DNA from: an uncultured Acidobacteriota bacterium
GTDB lineage: Bacteria > Acidobacteriota > Thermoanaerobaculia > Multivoradales > UBA5704
DNA length: 64,000 nucleotides
NCBI GenBank assembly: GCA_963770895.1
Contig: CAVYRF010000001.1
Coordinates: 512,001 to 576,000, forward strand
Reading direction: 5' to 3'
Numbering within the stretch: position 1 is the stretch's first letter; each line of letters starts with the position of its first letter. The translations under genes were made by a program, and so were the position numbers. A model generated the notes under the pieces. It saw only the letters and a program-made list of their open reading frames with translations. It did not search any database and was not told the origin of the DNA. Positions 35,975-45,663 of the stretch are shown one piece after another.

Positions 35975-37261
35975 ATGCCGGATCTGAGTCTTTCCACGGC
36001 CGGCGGCGCCGACCAGGATCGCCGCGACGGAGTGCGGCCGGCGGTTGCCGCGGCGCCGCTGGTGCACGTCGACAGCGACGCGGCGCTGGCGGCGGCGGCG
36101 CGCCGCTGGCTGGCGGCGCCGGCGGTGGCGCTGGACACGGAATTCGTGCGCGAGCGCACCTTCTTTCCGCGCCTGGGCTTGATCCAGGTCGCCGACGGCG
36201 AGGCTTCGTACCTGGTCGATCCGCTGGCGATCACGGACCTGGCGCCGCTCGCCGAGCTCTGCCGCGCCAGCGCCACGGTCAAGGTGGTGCATTCGGCCAG
36301 CGAGGACGTCGAGGTGCTGCACCGCGCGCTGGGCGTGGTGCCGGCGCCGCTCTTCGATACGCAGGTGGCGGCGGGGATCGCCGGCGTCGGCCTCTGCCTG
36401 GGCTACCAGCGGCTGGTGCTGGCGCTGCTGGGGGTGGAGCTGGCCAAGGGCGAAACGCGCACCGACTGGCTGGCGCGGCCGCTGTCGGCGGCGCAGATGG
36501 CCTATGCCGCCGAAGACGTCGCCTTTCTGCTGCCGCTGTACGAACGGCTGCGCGGCGAGCTGGCGCTCCTGGGGCGGCTGGAGTGGGCGGCGCAGGATTC
36601 GGCGGCGGTGCTCGATGTCACGCGGCTGGAGGTGCCTCCCGAGGCCGCCTACCGCCGCCTGCGGGGCGCCGGCCGCCTCAACCGGCGCCAGCTGGGCGTG
36701 CTGCGGGCGCTGGCGGCGTGGCGGGAGACCGAGGCGCGCCGGCGCGATCTGCCGCGCGGCTTCGTGCTGCGCGACGAGCCGCTGCTGCAGATGGCGTCGC
36801 GGGTGCCGGTCACCGGCGAGGAGCTGCGCCGGGTGCCGGCGCTCGACGTGCAGCAGGCGGCGCGCTCGGGCGGGCAGTGGCTGGAGCTGATCCGCGCCGC
36901 TCTCAGCCAGGACCCGGCCGATCTGCCGATGGTCGCCTGGCGGCCGCCCAACTCGGCGCCGGTGCGCGACCTGGAGGGCCGCCTGCGGGAGGTGGTGCGC
37001 CAGCGCGCGGCGGCGCTCGCCCTGCCTCCCGAGCTGCTGGCGCCGCGCCGGGCGCTGGACGCCGTGCTGCGCAGCACGCTCGCCGACGGCGCGCCGCGGC
37101 TGCCGCGCGAGCTGGAAGGCTGGCGCCGCGCGGTGGTGGGCGAAGAGCTGCTCCAGGCCGCCGCCGCGACCGGTACCGCAACCGACGCCGCGCCCGATGC
37201 CGCAACCGACGCCGCGTCCGGAGCCGCATCCGACGCTACGTCCGACGAGACCGACGCCTGA
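35975..37261 (+). CDS. rnd: Ribonuclease D
   Basis: VALDTEFVRERTFFPRLGLIQV, LFDTQVAA, TDWLARPLS..YAAEDV, HRDC domain, GWRR. Confidence 0.93.
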   Translation: MPDLSLSTAGGADQDRRDGVRPAVAAAPLVHVDSDAALAAAARRWLAAPAVALDTEFVRERTFFPRLGLIQVADGEASYLVDPLAITDLAPLAELCRASATVKVVHSASEDVEVLHRALGVVPAPLFDTQVAAGIAGVGLCLGYQRLVLALLGVELAKGETRTDWLARPLSAAQMAYAAEDVAFLLPLYERLRGELALLGRLEWAAQDSAAVLDVTRLEVPPEAAYRRLRGAGRLNRRQLGVLRALAAWRETEARRRDLPRGFVLRDEPLLQMASRVPVTGEELRRVPALDVQQAARSGGQWLELIRAALSQDPADLPMVAWRPPNSAPVRDLEGRLREVVRQRAAALALPPELLAPRRALDAVLRSTLADGAPRLPRELEGWRRAVVGEELLQAAAATGTATDAAPDAATDAASGAASDATSDETDA

Positions 37262-37374
37262 CCGGCGTCAGTACGGCTTGCGGCCGTCGTCTGGCCCGTC
37301 ATCGGGCCGTCGTGCGGCCGTCGTCCGTCCGTCTGGAGTCGCATCTGTTTGGCAAAGTTCGCAAGGAGAGATTC

Positions 37375-37734
37375 ATGGAACGCATCAATCTGGCCGAAAA
37401 ATTGGCGCTGTTCAGCGATCATTTCAGTCCCAAGGTGGTGGCCGAGCTCAACGGCCAGCAGGTCAAGCTGGTCAAGTTGCAGGGGCCGTTCGTCTGGCAT
37501 CACCACGACCATGAGGACGAGCTGTTCCTGGTCGTCGCGGGCCGTTTCTGCATGGAGTTCCGCGATCGCGAGGTGTGGCTGGAGCCGGGCGAAATGATCG
37601 TCGTGCCGCGCGGCGTCGAGCACCGTCCCAACGCCCCCGCCGAAGTGGCGATCCTGCTGTTCGAGCCCGCCTCGACGCTCAACACCGGCAACGTCACGGA
37701 CTCCCGCACGGTGGCGCAGCTCGACCGCATCTGA
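37375..37734 (+). CDS. Cupin domain protein
   Basis: AAGGAG RBS; FVWHHHDHEDELF..GEMIVVPRGVEHRP. Confidence 0.92.
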   Translation: MERINLAEKLALFSDHFSPKVVAELNGQQVKLVKLQGPFVWHHHDHEDELFLVVAGRFCMEFRDREVWLEPGEMIVVPRGVEHRPNAPAEVAILLFEPASTLNTGNVTDSRTVAQLDRI

Positions 37735-37742
37735 CCGCCGTC

Positions 37743-40031
37743 CTACGGGCGGCCGTGGCCGCGCAGCACGCGCGCGATCTGGGCCGGCGTGAGCGCCGCC
37801 GGGGATTCTGGCGCGGCGGCCGCATCGACCTGGGCATCCTCCGTGGCGGCCATGGCGGCGCCGGCGCTCCGGTTCAGGCGGTCGCTTGCGGCGGGCGGCG
37901 GCAGGCGGGCGCGGGCCGCCAGCTCCGGGTCCAGGAAGTAGGGCAGGCGCAGGGCGCGGATGGGCGCGTGGCCGGCGGCGAAGACCAGCGCCTGGTCGGC
38001 GGGGAGCCGGCGCACCTCGTCGGGCGAGAGCAGCGCGCGGCCCAGCTCGCCGCGCGCCAGGCTGGTGCGCTGCGGCGCGAGCGCGCTGGCGCCGGTGTGC
38101 AGCGAGCGGCGGAACAGGTTGATGGTGCGCAGGCCGGTCATGCGGCTGAGCAGCTCGGCGGTTTCCAGGTCGGCCGGGGTGAAGGCAACCTGCAGGCCGC
38201 AGTTGGCGGTGATCGACTGGTAGGGGCCGTAGATGTCGAGCAGCTGCACCAGCGCCTGGATCGACAGGTAGACGCGGATGTCGTAGCCCCGCAGGTAGGC
38301 CAGGGCGCGGCCAAAGAAGTCCAGGCGGCCCAGGGCGGTGAACTCGTCGAGCAGCAGCAGCAGCGGCCGCCGGCGGGGCGCCTCGCCGGCGGCGCGGTCG
38401 GTGCCATGACCGGCGGCGTGTTTGGCGGCATTACCGGCGGCGTGACCCGCGGCGCCCGCGGGAGCGCCCGCGGTGGACGGCACGCGGGGCGGGGTGGTGG
38501 TCAGCGCGCGGCACAGCTGGTTGAGCACCAGGCGCAGCGGCGCGCGCAGGCGCTCCAGCTCGCCGGGCGGCAGGGTGATGTAGAGCGACACCGGGCGCTC
38601 GCCCGCCACCAGGTCCAGCGCGGCGAAATCGCAGGCCGCGGTGTTGGCCGCCAGGATGGGATCGCGGAACAGGTCCAGCTGGGCCTGGGCGGTGGCGATG
38701 ACCCCGGACGCCGTGCGCGGGTCCATGTCCAGCAGGGCGCGCGCCGCGCCGGCGACGACGGGATGGGTGGGCGTCGGCGCGCCGCGGCCGTCGCCGTCGT
38801 GCTCCTGCCAGCCGCGAGCCAGCGTCGGGTCGTGGCGCGTCGCCAGCATGGCTTCGAGCGTCCGCTGGATCGGCTGCGCGGGGTCGGACAGCAAGCGGGC
38901 GCAGCCGGCCAGGGTCTTGTCCGGCCGCGCGTACAGGACGTGGAGCAGGGTGGCGACCAGCAGCGCGTGCGCCCGCTGCTCCCAGAACGTGCGCGGCCGA
39001 TCGCGCCCGGCGGGATCGATCAGCACGTCGGCCACCGCCTGGGCGTGCTGCACGTCGGTCAGGTCGCGCGGGATGGCGAGCAGCGGGTTGTAGGCCGCCG
39101 TCGATCCGTCGGCGGCCGACGGGTCGAAGCGCAGGCAAGCCTGGCCCAGGACGCTGCGGCGATAGCCGGCGGTGTGCAGCCACAGCTCGCCCTTGATATC
39201 CAGCACGACCACCGACGAAGGCCATTCCAGCAACGTCGGGATCACCAGGCTGGTGCTCTTGCCCGAGCCGGTGGGGGCAAAGGCCAGGACGTGGCGGTCG
39301 CCGCGGTCGCGCAGGCGATGCAGCCGCCCGCCGGGGTCGCGCCAGCCTCCCAGCACCACGCCGGGAGGAGGGGCTGCCGCCGGGGGACGCCGGCGGCCGG
39401 CGCGCCGGCCGGCGACCGGCGGTGGATCGAGGAGGGCGGCGGCGGCGACTTCGCGCGGCGCCGCCCAGTGGCTGGAGCCGTGGGTGTCGCCGGTTTCAGC
39501 CAGGTGGCGCAGCCGCTCCCAGGCCAGCGCCAGCGACGCCGCGGCAAGCGTTGCCGCGGTGCCGCCCAGCACCGCCCGCGCCAGGCGCAGGTCGGCGGCC
39601 AGCGCCGGCCGGCCGCCGTAGCGCACCCCCCAGCGCAGCACGGCCAGCGGCGGGTAGAGCGGCGTCACCGCGGCCAGCCAGAGCGTCAGCACCAGCGGCA
39701 GCCCCGGCGCCGCGCCCAGGCGCCACTGCGGCCGCGCCGCCAGCCACGCCAGGGCCAGCGTGCTGGCCGCGGCGATGGCAAGCAGGCGCGGCTGCGGGTA
39801 GCTCGGCAAGCGGAGCCAGGGCGGCCCCAGCGGTGCCAGCCAGCGCCAGCGCGCCGCCAGCACGCAGGACGCGGCCAGCAGCGCCGCGCCCAGGTCTGCC
39901 GCCAGCGCGGCCGCGACGGCGCCGGCGATGCGCCGCGCGCGGCCCGGTTCGTACGTCGGCAGCCGGTACAGGGTCTCCACAGGCTCGCCGGCGGCCGTGC
40001 CCGGCGGGCCGTTTGACTGCCGAGCGGTCAT
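37743..40031 (-). CDS. traG: Type IV coupling protein TraG/VirD4
   Basis: THGSSHWA, HVLAFAPTGSGKST..VIPTLL.WPSSVVVLDIKGE, LLLDEF, LLSPDEVRRL. Confidence 0.92.
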   Translation of the reverse strand: MTARQSNGPPGTAAGEPVETLYRLPTYEPGRARRIAGAVAAALAADLGAALLAASCVLAARWRWLAPLGPPWLRLPSYPQPRLLAIAAASTLALAWLAARPQWRLGAAPGLPLVLTLWLAAVTPLYPPLAVLRWGVRYGGRPALAADLRLARAVLGGTAATLAAASLALAWERLRHLAETGDTHGSSHWAAPREVAAAALLDPPPVAGRRAGRRRPPAAAPPPGVVLGGWRDPGGRLHRLRDRGDRHVLAFAPTGSGKSTSLVIPTLLEWPSSVVVLDIKGELWLHTAGYRRSVLGQACLRFDPSAADGSTAAYNPLLAIPRDLTDVQHAQAVADVLIDPAGRDRPRTFWEQRAHALLVATLLHVLYARPDKTLAGCARLLSDPAQPIQRTLEAMLATRHDPTLARGWQEHDGDGRGAPTPTHPVVAGAARALLDMDPRTASGVIATAQAQLDLFRDPILAANTAACDFAALDLVAGERPVSLYITLPPGELERLRAPLRLVLNQLCRALTTTPPRVPSTAGAPAGAAGHAAGNAAKHAAGHGTDRAAGEAPRRRPLLLLLDEFTALGRLDFFGRALAYLRGYDIRVYLSIQALVQLLDIYGPYQSITANCGLQVAFTPADLETAELLSRMTGLRTINLFRRSLHTGASALAPQRTSLARGELGRALLSPDEVRRLPADQALVFAAGHAPIRALRLPYFLDPELAARARLPPPAASDRLNRSAGAAMAATEDAQVDAAAAPESPAALTPAQIARVLRGHGRP

Positions 40032-40861
40032 GGCCGGGGCGGCGGTTTCGCCACCGCGCCCAACCGCCGCGAAGGTGAACGTGGAGGTGAAGGCGAAGGT
40101 GGGGTGGGCAGGCGGGCTTTGGCCGCGCTGGCGCCGGCGTCGACCGCTCCGACGGTGCTGGCGGCGACGCTGGCGGCGGCGTCCGGGCGCGCCAGCCACA
40201 GCGGCTGGAGGGTGCCGCGCAGTGCGCCGGTGGCGGCGGGGCCGAAGTAGCGGCTGTCGAAGGAGCGAGGATGGGGCGCGTAGAGCCAGACCTCGCCCGG
40301 CGCAAGACGGCGGCGGCCGAAGGCGGCGTGCTGCAGCGGCCGGCCCGCGGCGTCGGCCGGCAGCGGCCGCGATGCCGGCACCAGGCGCCCGCCCAGGCGC
40401 AGGCCGGCCGGCGACAGCTCGACGACGTCGCCTGCCGCGGCCACCAGCAGCTTGCCGAGCGGCCGCACGCCGCCTGGACACGAGCCGGGCGCCAGGTAGC
40501 GCCGGATGCTGGCAAGCCGCGCCGCCGCGGCAGGCGGGCAGACGAGCACCAGGTCCATCCGGCCCGGCGGCGTGGCGCGCAGCAGGTAGAGGCCGCGCGG
40601 CAGCGAACCCGAGGTGTTGTAGCGGACCCCGACCGCGGCGGCGATCGCGATGGCGGCGATGACGAGCACGCCGGCGCCGATCGCGATCGCCGTCCCCGCC
40701 GCCGGTGCGCGAGCGGCAGCGCGGCGCAGGATCGCCCGCCCGCGCCGCAGGATCGACAGCCCGCGGCGCAGGATCGCCCGCCCGCGGCAGCGGCGCCGCC
40801 AGCGGTCGCGCCAGCAGGCCGCTCGCCGCGGAAGCCACGCTGGGCAGGGGGAGCGGTTCAT
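40028..40861 (-). CDS. traF: Conjugative transfer signal peptidase TraF (S26)
   Basis: NTSGSLPRGLY, CPGG..PLGKLLVAAAGDVV, SFDSRYFGP. Confidence 0.88.
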   Translation of the reverse strand: MNRSPCPAWLPRRAACWRDRWRRRCRGRAILRRGLSILRRGRAILRRAAARAPAAGTAIAIGAGVLVIAAIAIAAAVGVRYNTSGSLPRGLYLLRATPPGRMDLVLVCPPAAAARLASIRRYLAPGSCPGGVRPLGKLLVAAAGDVVELSPAGLRLGGRLVPASRPLPADAAGRPLQHAAFGRRRLAPGEVWLYAPHPRSFDSRYFGPAATGALRGTLQPLWLARPDAAASVAASTVGAVDAGASAAKARLPTPPSPSPPRSPSRRLGAVAKPPPRP

Positions 40862-43800
40862 GGCGCCGGCACTTCGAGAGCTGCCGTCCTGGACAGGGCC
40901 GCGGCGCGCGCGGCGCCCAGCTGCGCGGCGAGCTCGGTCAGGCGCGTCGCCAGGCAGCGCGGCAGGCCGGGGCCGGTCGCGGCGGCGCGCGCCAGCCACG
41001 CCGCGGCCTGCTCGGCGGGCAGGCCCTGGCGGGCGGCATGCGTGGCCCAGGTGAGCACCGCGACGTGGGGCCGCCGGCTCGGCGCTTCCGGGTCCAGGAA
41101 CGCCGCCAGCGGCAGGACGCGGTGAGCCGCCAGCGCCGGCTGCGCCAGCCGCCGGTGCAGATCCGCGTCCGCCGCCTGGTAGCGCGCCACCGCCGCGCCC
41201 AGCCGCGCGACGCTCTGCCAGGCCGGGACTGCGCGGGCGCCACCCGCGGCGCGCGGCGCGCCAATGTCGCCCGTCGCTCGTGCGGCGCGAAGCAGCTCCG
41301 CCCGCGCCGCCCGGTACTCGGCCAGCGACGCGGCGCAGCCGTCCGGCCCGGCCCGGCCGTCCTGGCGCGCCGGCGGGTCCTGGTGCGGCGATGGCGCCGG
41401 CGCCGGTGGAGAGGTGGGTGCGGCGCGCGGATTGGTGCGCAGGGCACCGGCCGGCCGCTCGCTTTCCGCGGACGCCAAGCGCACGCTGGCGAGCAGCGCG
41501 ACGCCGGCGGCTAGCCGGTTGACCGCCTCTGGGGTCAGATCGCCGCGCCGCGCGCGGTCGACTGCCCAGGCCAGGCCGGGCAACGCGCCGTCGCGGCTCC
41601 GCGGCGCGGCGGGCGGCGAGCTGTCCAGGCGCAGCGCCAGGGCGCTTTCCGCCGCGCCATGGCGTGCCAGCGCCGCGTGCAGCTCGCCCGGCACCGGCAA
41701 GGTCGTGCAGGTTGGCGGCGTTTGCACCGCGGGCGTTCTTCGCTGCGCGGGCGCTGTCGGCGGCGCGGGCGTCGTTGGCGGCATGGGCGTCGTTTGCGGC
41801 ATTCGCGGCATTTGCAGCATCGGCGGTATTGCCGGCATGGGTGGCATGGGTGGTGTTGGCGGCTGCAGGGCCGCCACAACCTGGTGACCCGCGCGGCGCA
41901 ACACGGCGCGCGCCTGACGCCGGCCGGCCGCGTCGTGGTCGAGCGCGGCGCGGTTTTCGAGACCGTAGACCTGGAGGCCGGCGGCGCGGAAGCTCGCCAC
42001 GGCGGCGGCGGAAGGACCGTTGAGCAGCTCCGCGGCGGCGCGCTCGAACCGCTGCCGTGCCGCGGCCTGATGCGCCGGCGTTTGCCGCGGCGCCGGCCGC
42101 TCCGCGGCGGCGAGGCGCAGCAGCCGCGCGGCGCGGCCCAGCGCGGCGCCGCTGGGGCGCACGGCCAGGGTGGCTTCGACGCGCTCCAGGTCGCGTCCCA
42201 GCCGGTGGCGGCTCAGGGCGCAAAGCGCCACCGTCAGCTCGCGCTGCCAGGCGTCGGCGCGGCGCAGCCAGCGCAGGCTCCGCGGCTGCCGCCTGGGAGC
42301 GCGACGCGACGGAGAGCCGTAGCCGACCGCGACCACCGCTCGAGATTGCGGCGCCGTCAGCCCGGCGCTGGCCCGCGCCGGTGCCGCGGCCGCATCAGGC
42401 GCTGCGAGTGGACCGGGCACTCCGGGTGCCGCAGGCACACCGGGAGCCGGCGCCACGTCGGGCGGTCTGAGCGCAGCGGGCATCCCAGGCGCGATGGAGC
42501 CGTTGAGCGCAGCAGGTGGCGCCGCCAAGGGCGCCCCGGGCGGACCAGATCCTTCGGTCGCGCTTGGCGCCGCGGCCATGCCGGGTGCCGTGAGCTCGCC
42601 GAGTATCTCTGCCGGCGCCGTCCGTGGGCGCGGCGCGGCAGCAAGGGCCGCCTCTTGCCTGGCGTCGCGGGCGGCGACCAGCTGGCGCAGGGTGCGCTGC
42701 AGCTGCTCTTCGCGGGATTCGAGCGTCAGCTCGGCGGTCACCAGGGCGCCCAGCGCGCTCTGGCGGCGCCGCAGGCCGCCGGCGGTGTCGCGCGCCGCCG
42801 GGCTGCCGGCGGCCAGGGCGCCCAGGGCGGCCAGGCGGCGTGCCGCGTGGCGATGGGCGGCGAACAGCGCGGCGATCTCCGGTCCGGGCGGGCGCCTGGT
42901 GGTGAGGACCGGCGGCGCGCCGGCCGCGCCCGCGGCTGCCGCGCCAGGTGCGGCCGGCACGGCGGGGGGCTCGCGGTCGGAGAGGATCGGCGGCGCCGCG
43001 GGAAGCGACGGACGGAAGCCGTGCGCGGTGGCGAAGTCGTTCAGGCTGCCGCGCAGGCTGCGCCAGGCGGCGGCGGCTTCATGCAGCTGGTTGCCCGGTG
43101 CGGTGGCGGCAAGCGCGGCTGCCTGGTGGAAGCGTGCGGCGGCGGCCAGGGCGATCTCGCGCTGCCGCACGTAGCGCGCGATCTCGCCCGCGGCCAGACG
43201 CGGTGGCAGGGGCGCCTGGCCGACCAGGTCTTCGACCGCGCGCTCGGCCTGCCGCAGGCGGCGCCAGGAATCGACCAGTCTGCCGGCCTCCTGCAGGTCG
43301 CCGGCCAGGTCGCGCGCGGCGGCGCAGCGCGGGGCCAGCTGCTGCCTGGCGCGGGCGTGGTCGTCGCGGGCCAGGCCGAGCCGCAGCACCGCCTGTTCGA
43401 CGGCGGCGCGGTCGGCCCGCGGCGGCAGGGTCAGGCCCAGGCGGTTGGCGGCAAACCGTGTCGCCAGGTCGTCCAGCGCGGCGTGCCATGCGGCTCCGCC
43501 GTCGCCGTCCAGCGGCGCCAGCCCGGCGGCTCCGGCGGCCTCGACGCTCCCGGCGGCCCCGGTAACCCCGGCGGCTCCGGCGATCACCGCGCCGGTGTCC
43601 TGGATCGCCGCCCGCTCGGCCTCCGCGCGCGCCGCCTGCTCGTCCTGCCGGGCGCGCTGGCGCGCCTCCGCGGCGAGCGTGGCGGCGCGGGCGAAGACGC
43701 CTCCGGTCGCCGACAGCAGCCGGCTGACCGGCACGCTGTCCAGGTTGCCGAGCCGCCGCGCGAATGGCGACGGCAGCCCCGCCAGGTGGCCGAACGGCGG

Positions 43801-45144
43801 CGCCGCGGGCGGCGGGCCGGTGCCCAAAGCGCGCGCCGCCGCGGCGTCGAAGATGCGCCGCTCGCCGGCGGTCAGGGCCGCCGCGGCCGGGCCGCCGCGC
43901 AGCCACACCTCGCACGGCGCGTCGGCGCCGGCGCTCGCCGCCACCACCGCGGCCGCCTCGAAGCCGCGCTGGCGCGCCCGCGCCAGGCGGCCGGGCCGCA
44001 CCCCGGTCAGCAGCACCAGGCCGCACGTCTGCGCCGGCCGGATCAGCACTTCGGCGCCGCTGCGGCCGTCCTGGGCCAGGCGCGGCAGCTGCGCCAGCAG
44101 GCGGTCGCGCTCGCATTCCAGCCACAGCTCGCGGGTGCTGCCGCTGGCCGCGTCCAGCACCATGAGGTCGAAGCTCGGGCTGTGCAGCGCCGCCAGCTGG
44201 CTGCCGGCGGTCGCCAGCAGCGCCGCCTGGTCCGGGACGGCCGCGCCGGCGGCCGCCGGTGCCACGCCGGGGTCGGCGCCGGCGCCGGTAGCGCCAGCGG
44301 TGCGCGTGCCGCCGCCGTGGTCGCCGCGGTTGCCGGGGCGCGGCCCGCGCCCGCGGGCGGTGAAGCGATCGCGCGCCGCCAGGGCCAGAGGCAGATCGCG
44401 GACGGGATCGAAGCGCCAGCCGCGGCTGCGCTCCAGCTCGCGCCAGCGAAACAGCGGCCCCAGGCGATGGTCGCGAAAGTGGCGGCCGTCCAGCTCGTAG
44501 ACCATGGCATGCAGCGCGGCGCCCGCGGTCAGCAGCGGCAGCACCTCGACGCCGCGCCGCCGCAGTTCGGCGAAGTAGCTGGAGCAGCCGGTCGCGGCCC
44601 GTGCGGCGGCGGCGATGGCGCTCTGCAAACGGCGGGTCAGCGGCGCCGGCGCGCCGCTCGGCGGCCGCCGTGCCTCGCCGCCGGTGAGCGCGCCGACGCC
44701 CAGGTTCTCGGTCGGCCGCAGGCCGTAGTCGCGCTCGATCCGTGCCTTGACCTGCGCCACGACGGGCAGGGACGGGCCGGTGGCCTGGCAGCGCCCAAAG
44801 TAGGAGATCTCGCAGGCCAGGACGTGGACGTGGCCGTGGCCGGAATCGCGATGCCGATAGACCACGTAGGGGCAGCTCCAGCAGCAGAACGCGCACAGCA
44901 GGCGCTCGACCACCGCGCACCACTGGTGGTCGGCCAGGTGCTCGTCCGGCGCCAGGCGCAGCGCCAGGTGGCGGATCGCGTGGCGCCGGCTCCGCTGCAG
45001 CGCCATCACCAGCTGGAATTCGCCCACCAGCTCGGCGGCGTTGACGCCCGCCATGTTGCCGCCGATGCGCACCGCGCCCGCCTGGCCGGTGACGTACTCG
45101 ACGCTGCGCGCCGCGTCGGCGCTGCGCGCCAGCCGCAGGATCAT
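40858..45144 (-). CDS. MOBP-type relaxase fused to a degenerate RepB-like primase and long Ala/Arg-rich tail
   Basis: N-terminal VEYV (Tyr), IGGNM, HLALRLAPDEHL, YRHRDSGHGHVHV (3H motif), IERDYGL; internal IRP..GLVLL..GFEAAAVV..VWLR..FGHLAG. Confidence 0.8.
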   Translation of the reverse strand: MILRLARSADAARSVEYVTGQAGAVRIGGNMAGVNAAELVGEFQLVMALQRSRRHAIRHLALRLAPDEHLADHQWCAVVERLLCAFCCWSCPYVVYRHRDSGHGHVHVLACEISYFGRCQATGPSLPVVAQVKARIERDYGLRPTENLGVGALTGGEARRPPSGAPAPLTRRLQSAIAAAARAATGCSSYFAELRRRGVEVLPLLTAGAALHAMVYELDGRHFRDHRLGPLFRWRELERSRGWRFDPVRDLPLALAARDRFTARGRGPRPGNRGDHGGGTRTAGATGAGADPGVAPAAAGAAVPDQAALLATAGSQLAALHSPSFDLMVLDAASGSTRELWLECERDRLLAQLPRLAQDGRSGAEVLIRPAQTCGLVLLTGVRPGRLARARQRGFEAAAVVAASAGADAPCEVWLRGGPAAAALTAGERRIFDAAAARALGTGPPPAAPPFGHLAGLPSPFARRLGNLDSVPVSRLLSATGGVFARAATLAAEARQRARQDEQAARAEAERAAIQDTGAVIAGAAGVTGAAGSVEAAGAAGLAPLDGDGGAAWHAALDDLATRFAANRLGLTLPPRADRAAVEQAVLRLGLARDDHARARQQLAPRCAAARDLAGDLQEAGRLVDSWRRLRQAERAVEDLVGQAPLPPRLAAGEIARYVRQREIALAAAARFHQAAALAATAPGNQLHEAAAAWRSLRGSLNDFATAHGFRPSLPAAPPILSDREPPAVPAAPGAAAAGAAGAPPVLTTRRPPGPEIAALFAAHRHAARRLAALGALAAGSPAARDTAGGLRRRQSALGALVTAELTLESREEQLQRTLRQLVAARDARQEAALAAAPRPRTAPAEILGELTAPGMAAAPSATEGSGPPGAPLAAPPAALNGSIAPGMPAALRPPDVAPAPGVPAAPGVPGPLAAPDAAAAPARASAGLTAPQSRAVVAVGYGSPSRRAPRRQPRSLRWLRRADAWQRELTVALCALSRHRLGRDLERVEATLAVRPSGAALGRAARLLRLAAAERPAPRQTPAHQAAARQRFERAAAELLNGPSAAAVASFRAAGLQVYGLENRAALDHDAAGRRQARAVLRRAGHQVVAALQPPTPPMPPMPAIPPMLQMPRMPQTTPMPPTTPAPPTAPAQRRTPAVQTPPTCTTLPVPGELHAALARHGAAESALALRLDSSPPAAPRSRDGALPGLAWAVDRARRGDLTPEAVNRLAAGVALLASVRLASAESERPAGALRTNPRAAPTSPPAPAPSPHQDPPARQDGRAGPDGCAASLAEYRAARAELLRAARATGDIGAPRAAGGARAVPAWQSVARLGAAVARYQAADADLHRRLAQPALAAHRVLPLAAFLDPEAPSRRPHVAVLTWATHAARQGLPAEQAAAWLARAAATGPGLPRCLATRLTELAAQLGAARAAALSRTAALEVPAP

Positions 45145-45500
45145 GGCCGGTCTCCGGCTTCGGCGCGGCGCGGGGCAGCTGCAGCTGCCGCAAAGCCGAG
45201 CAGCCGGCGGCGGGCGACGACGACGGCATCGGCGATGCGCTCCACCAGGGCAAGATTTTCGGCGCCGCCGCCCCCCTGGCGCGCCAGGCTCGCCGCCAGC
45301 TCCGCCAGCGCCTGGCCGATCTCCGCCAGGCTGCCGGCGACCGCGGCCGCGGCGACCGGCGCCGCCGGCGGCGGCTCGCCGCCGTCCAGGGCCGCCGCGC
45401 GCAAGTACGCCGACAGCGACAGGTGGGCGCGGCGCGCCCGGCTGCGCAAGCGCAGGAGCTGTTCGGGGGGCAACCTGAAACTGATTCCGGCGGAACGCAT
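45141..45500 (-). CDS. MobC-like ribbon-helix-helix relaxosome accessory protein
   Basis: ISFRLPPEQLLRLRSRARRAHLSLSAYLRAAAL..LAEIGQAL..LAR; coupled to the relaxase start. Confidence 0.7.
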   Translation of the reverse strand: MRSAGISFRLPPEQLLRLRSRARRAHLSLSAYLRAAALDGGEPPPAAPVAAAAVAGSLAEIGQALAELAASLARQGGGGAENLALVERIADAVVVARRRLLGFAAAAAAPRRAEAGDRP

Positions 45501-45553
45501 GCCGCCCAATCTAGACCGCCGGCCGCTTGCAACGGAGGGAGGGGCGGCGGGGC

Positions 45554-45571
45554 ATTTTCACGCGTGAAAAT
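45554..45571. promoter_or_regulatory. Perfect 18-bp palindrome ATTTTCACGCGTGAAAAT, candidate oriT or operator element
   Basis: Exact palindrome about 55 bp upstream of the mobC start, in an otherwise GC-rich context. Confidence 0.55.
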
Positions 45572-45663
45572 AGTGACGATGCGATGTGGCGGTGCGCAAC
45601 GACAGAGGATGCGCAGTCCTGTGCCTGCAACGGCGGCAGCGCGGCGCCGCCCGCCCCGGTGCT

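Larger units (their letters stand above)
37743..45660 (-). mobile_element. Conjugative mobilisation module mobC-relaxase-traF-traG (no Mpf genes or integrase in window)
   Basis: Four translationally coupled genes (ATGA overlaps at 45141-45144, 40858-40861, 40028-40031) plus an upstream palindromic region. Confidence 0.75.

Noticed and set aside
40032-42223. ORF-track N-terminal extensions of traG (to 40838) and traF (to 42223)
   Set aside because: They overlap upstream genes in other frames. ATGA-coupled starts at 40031 and 40861 fit better.
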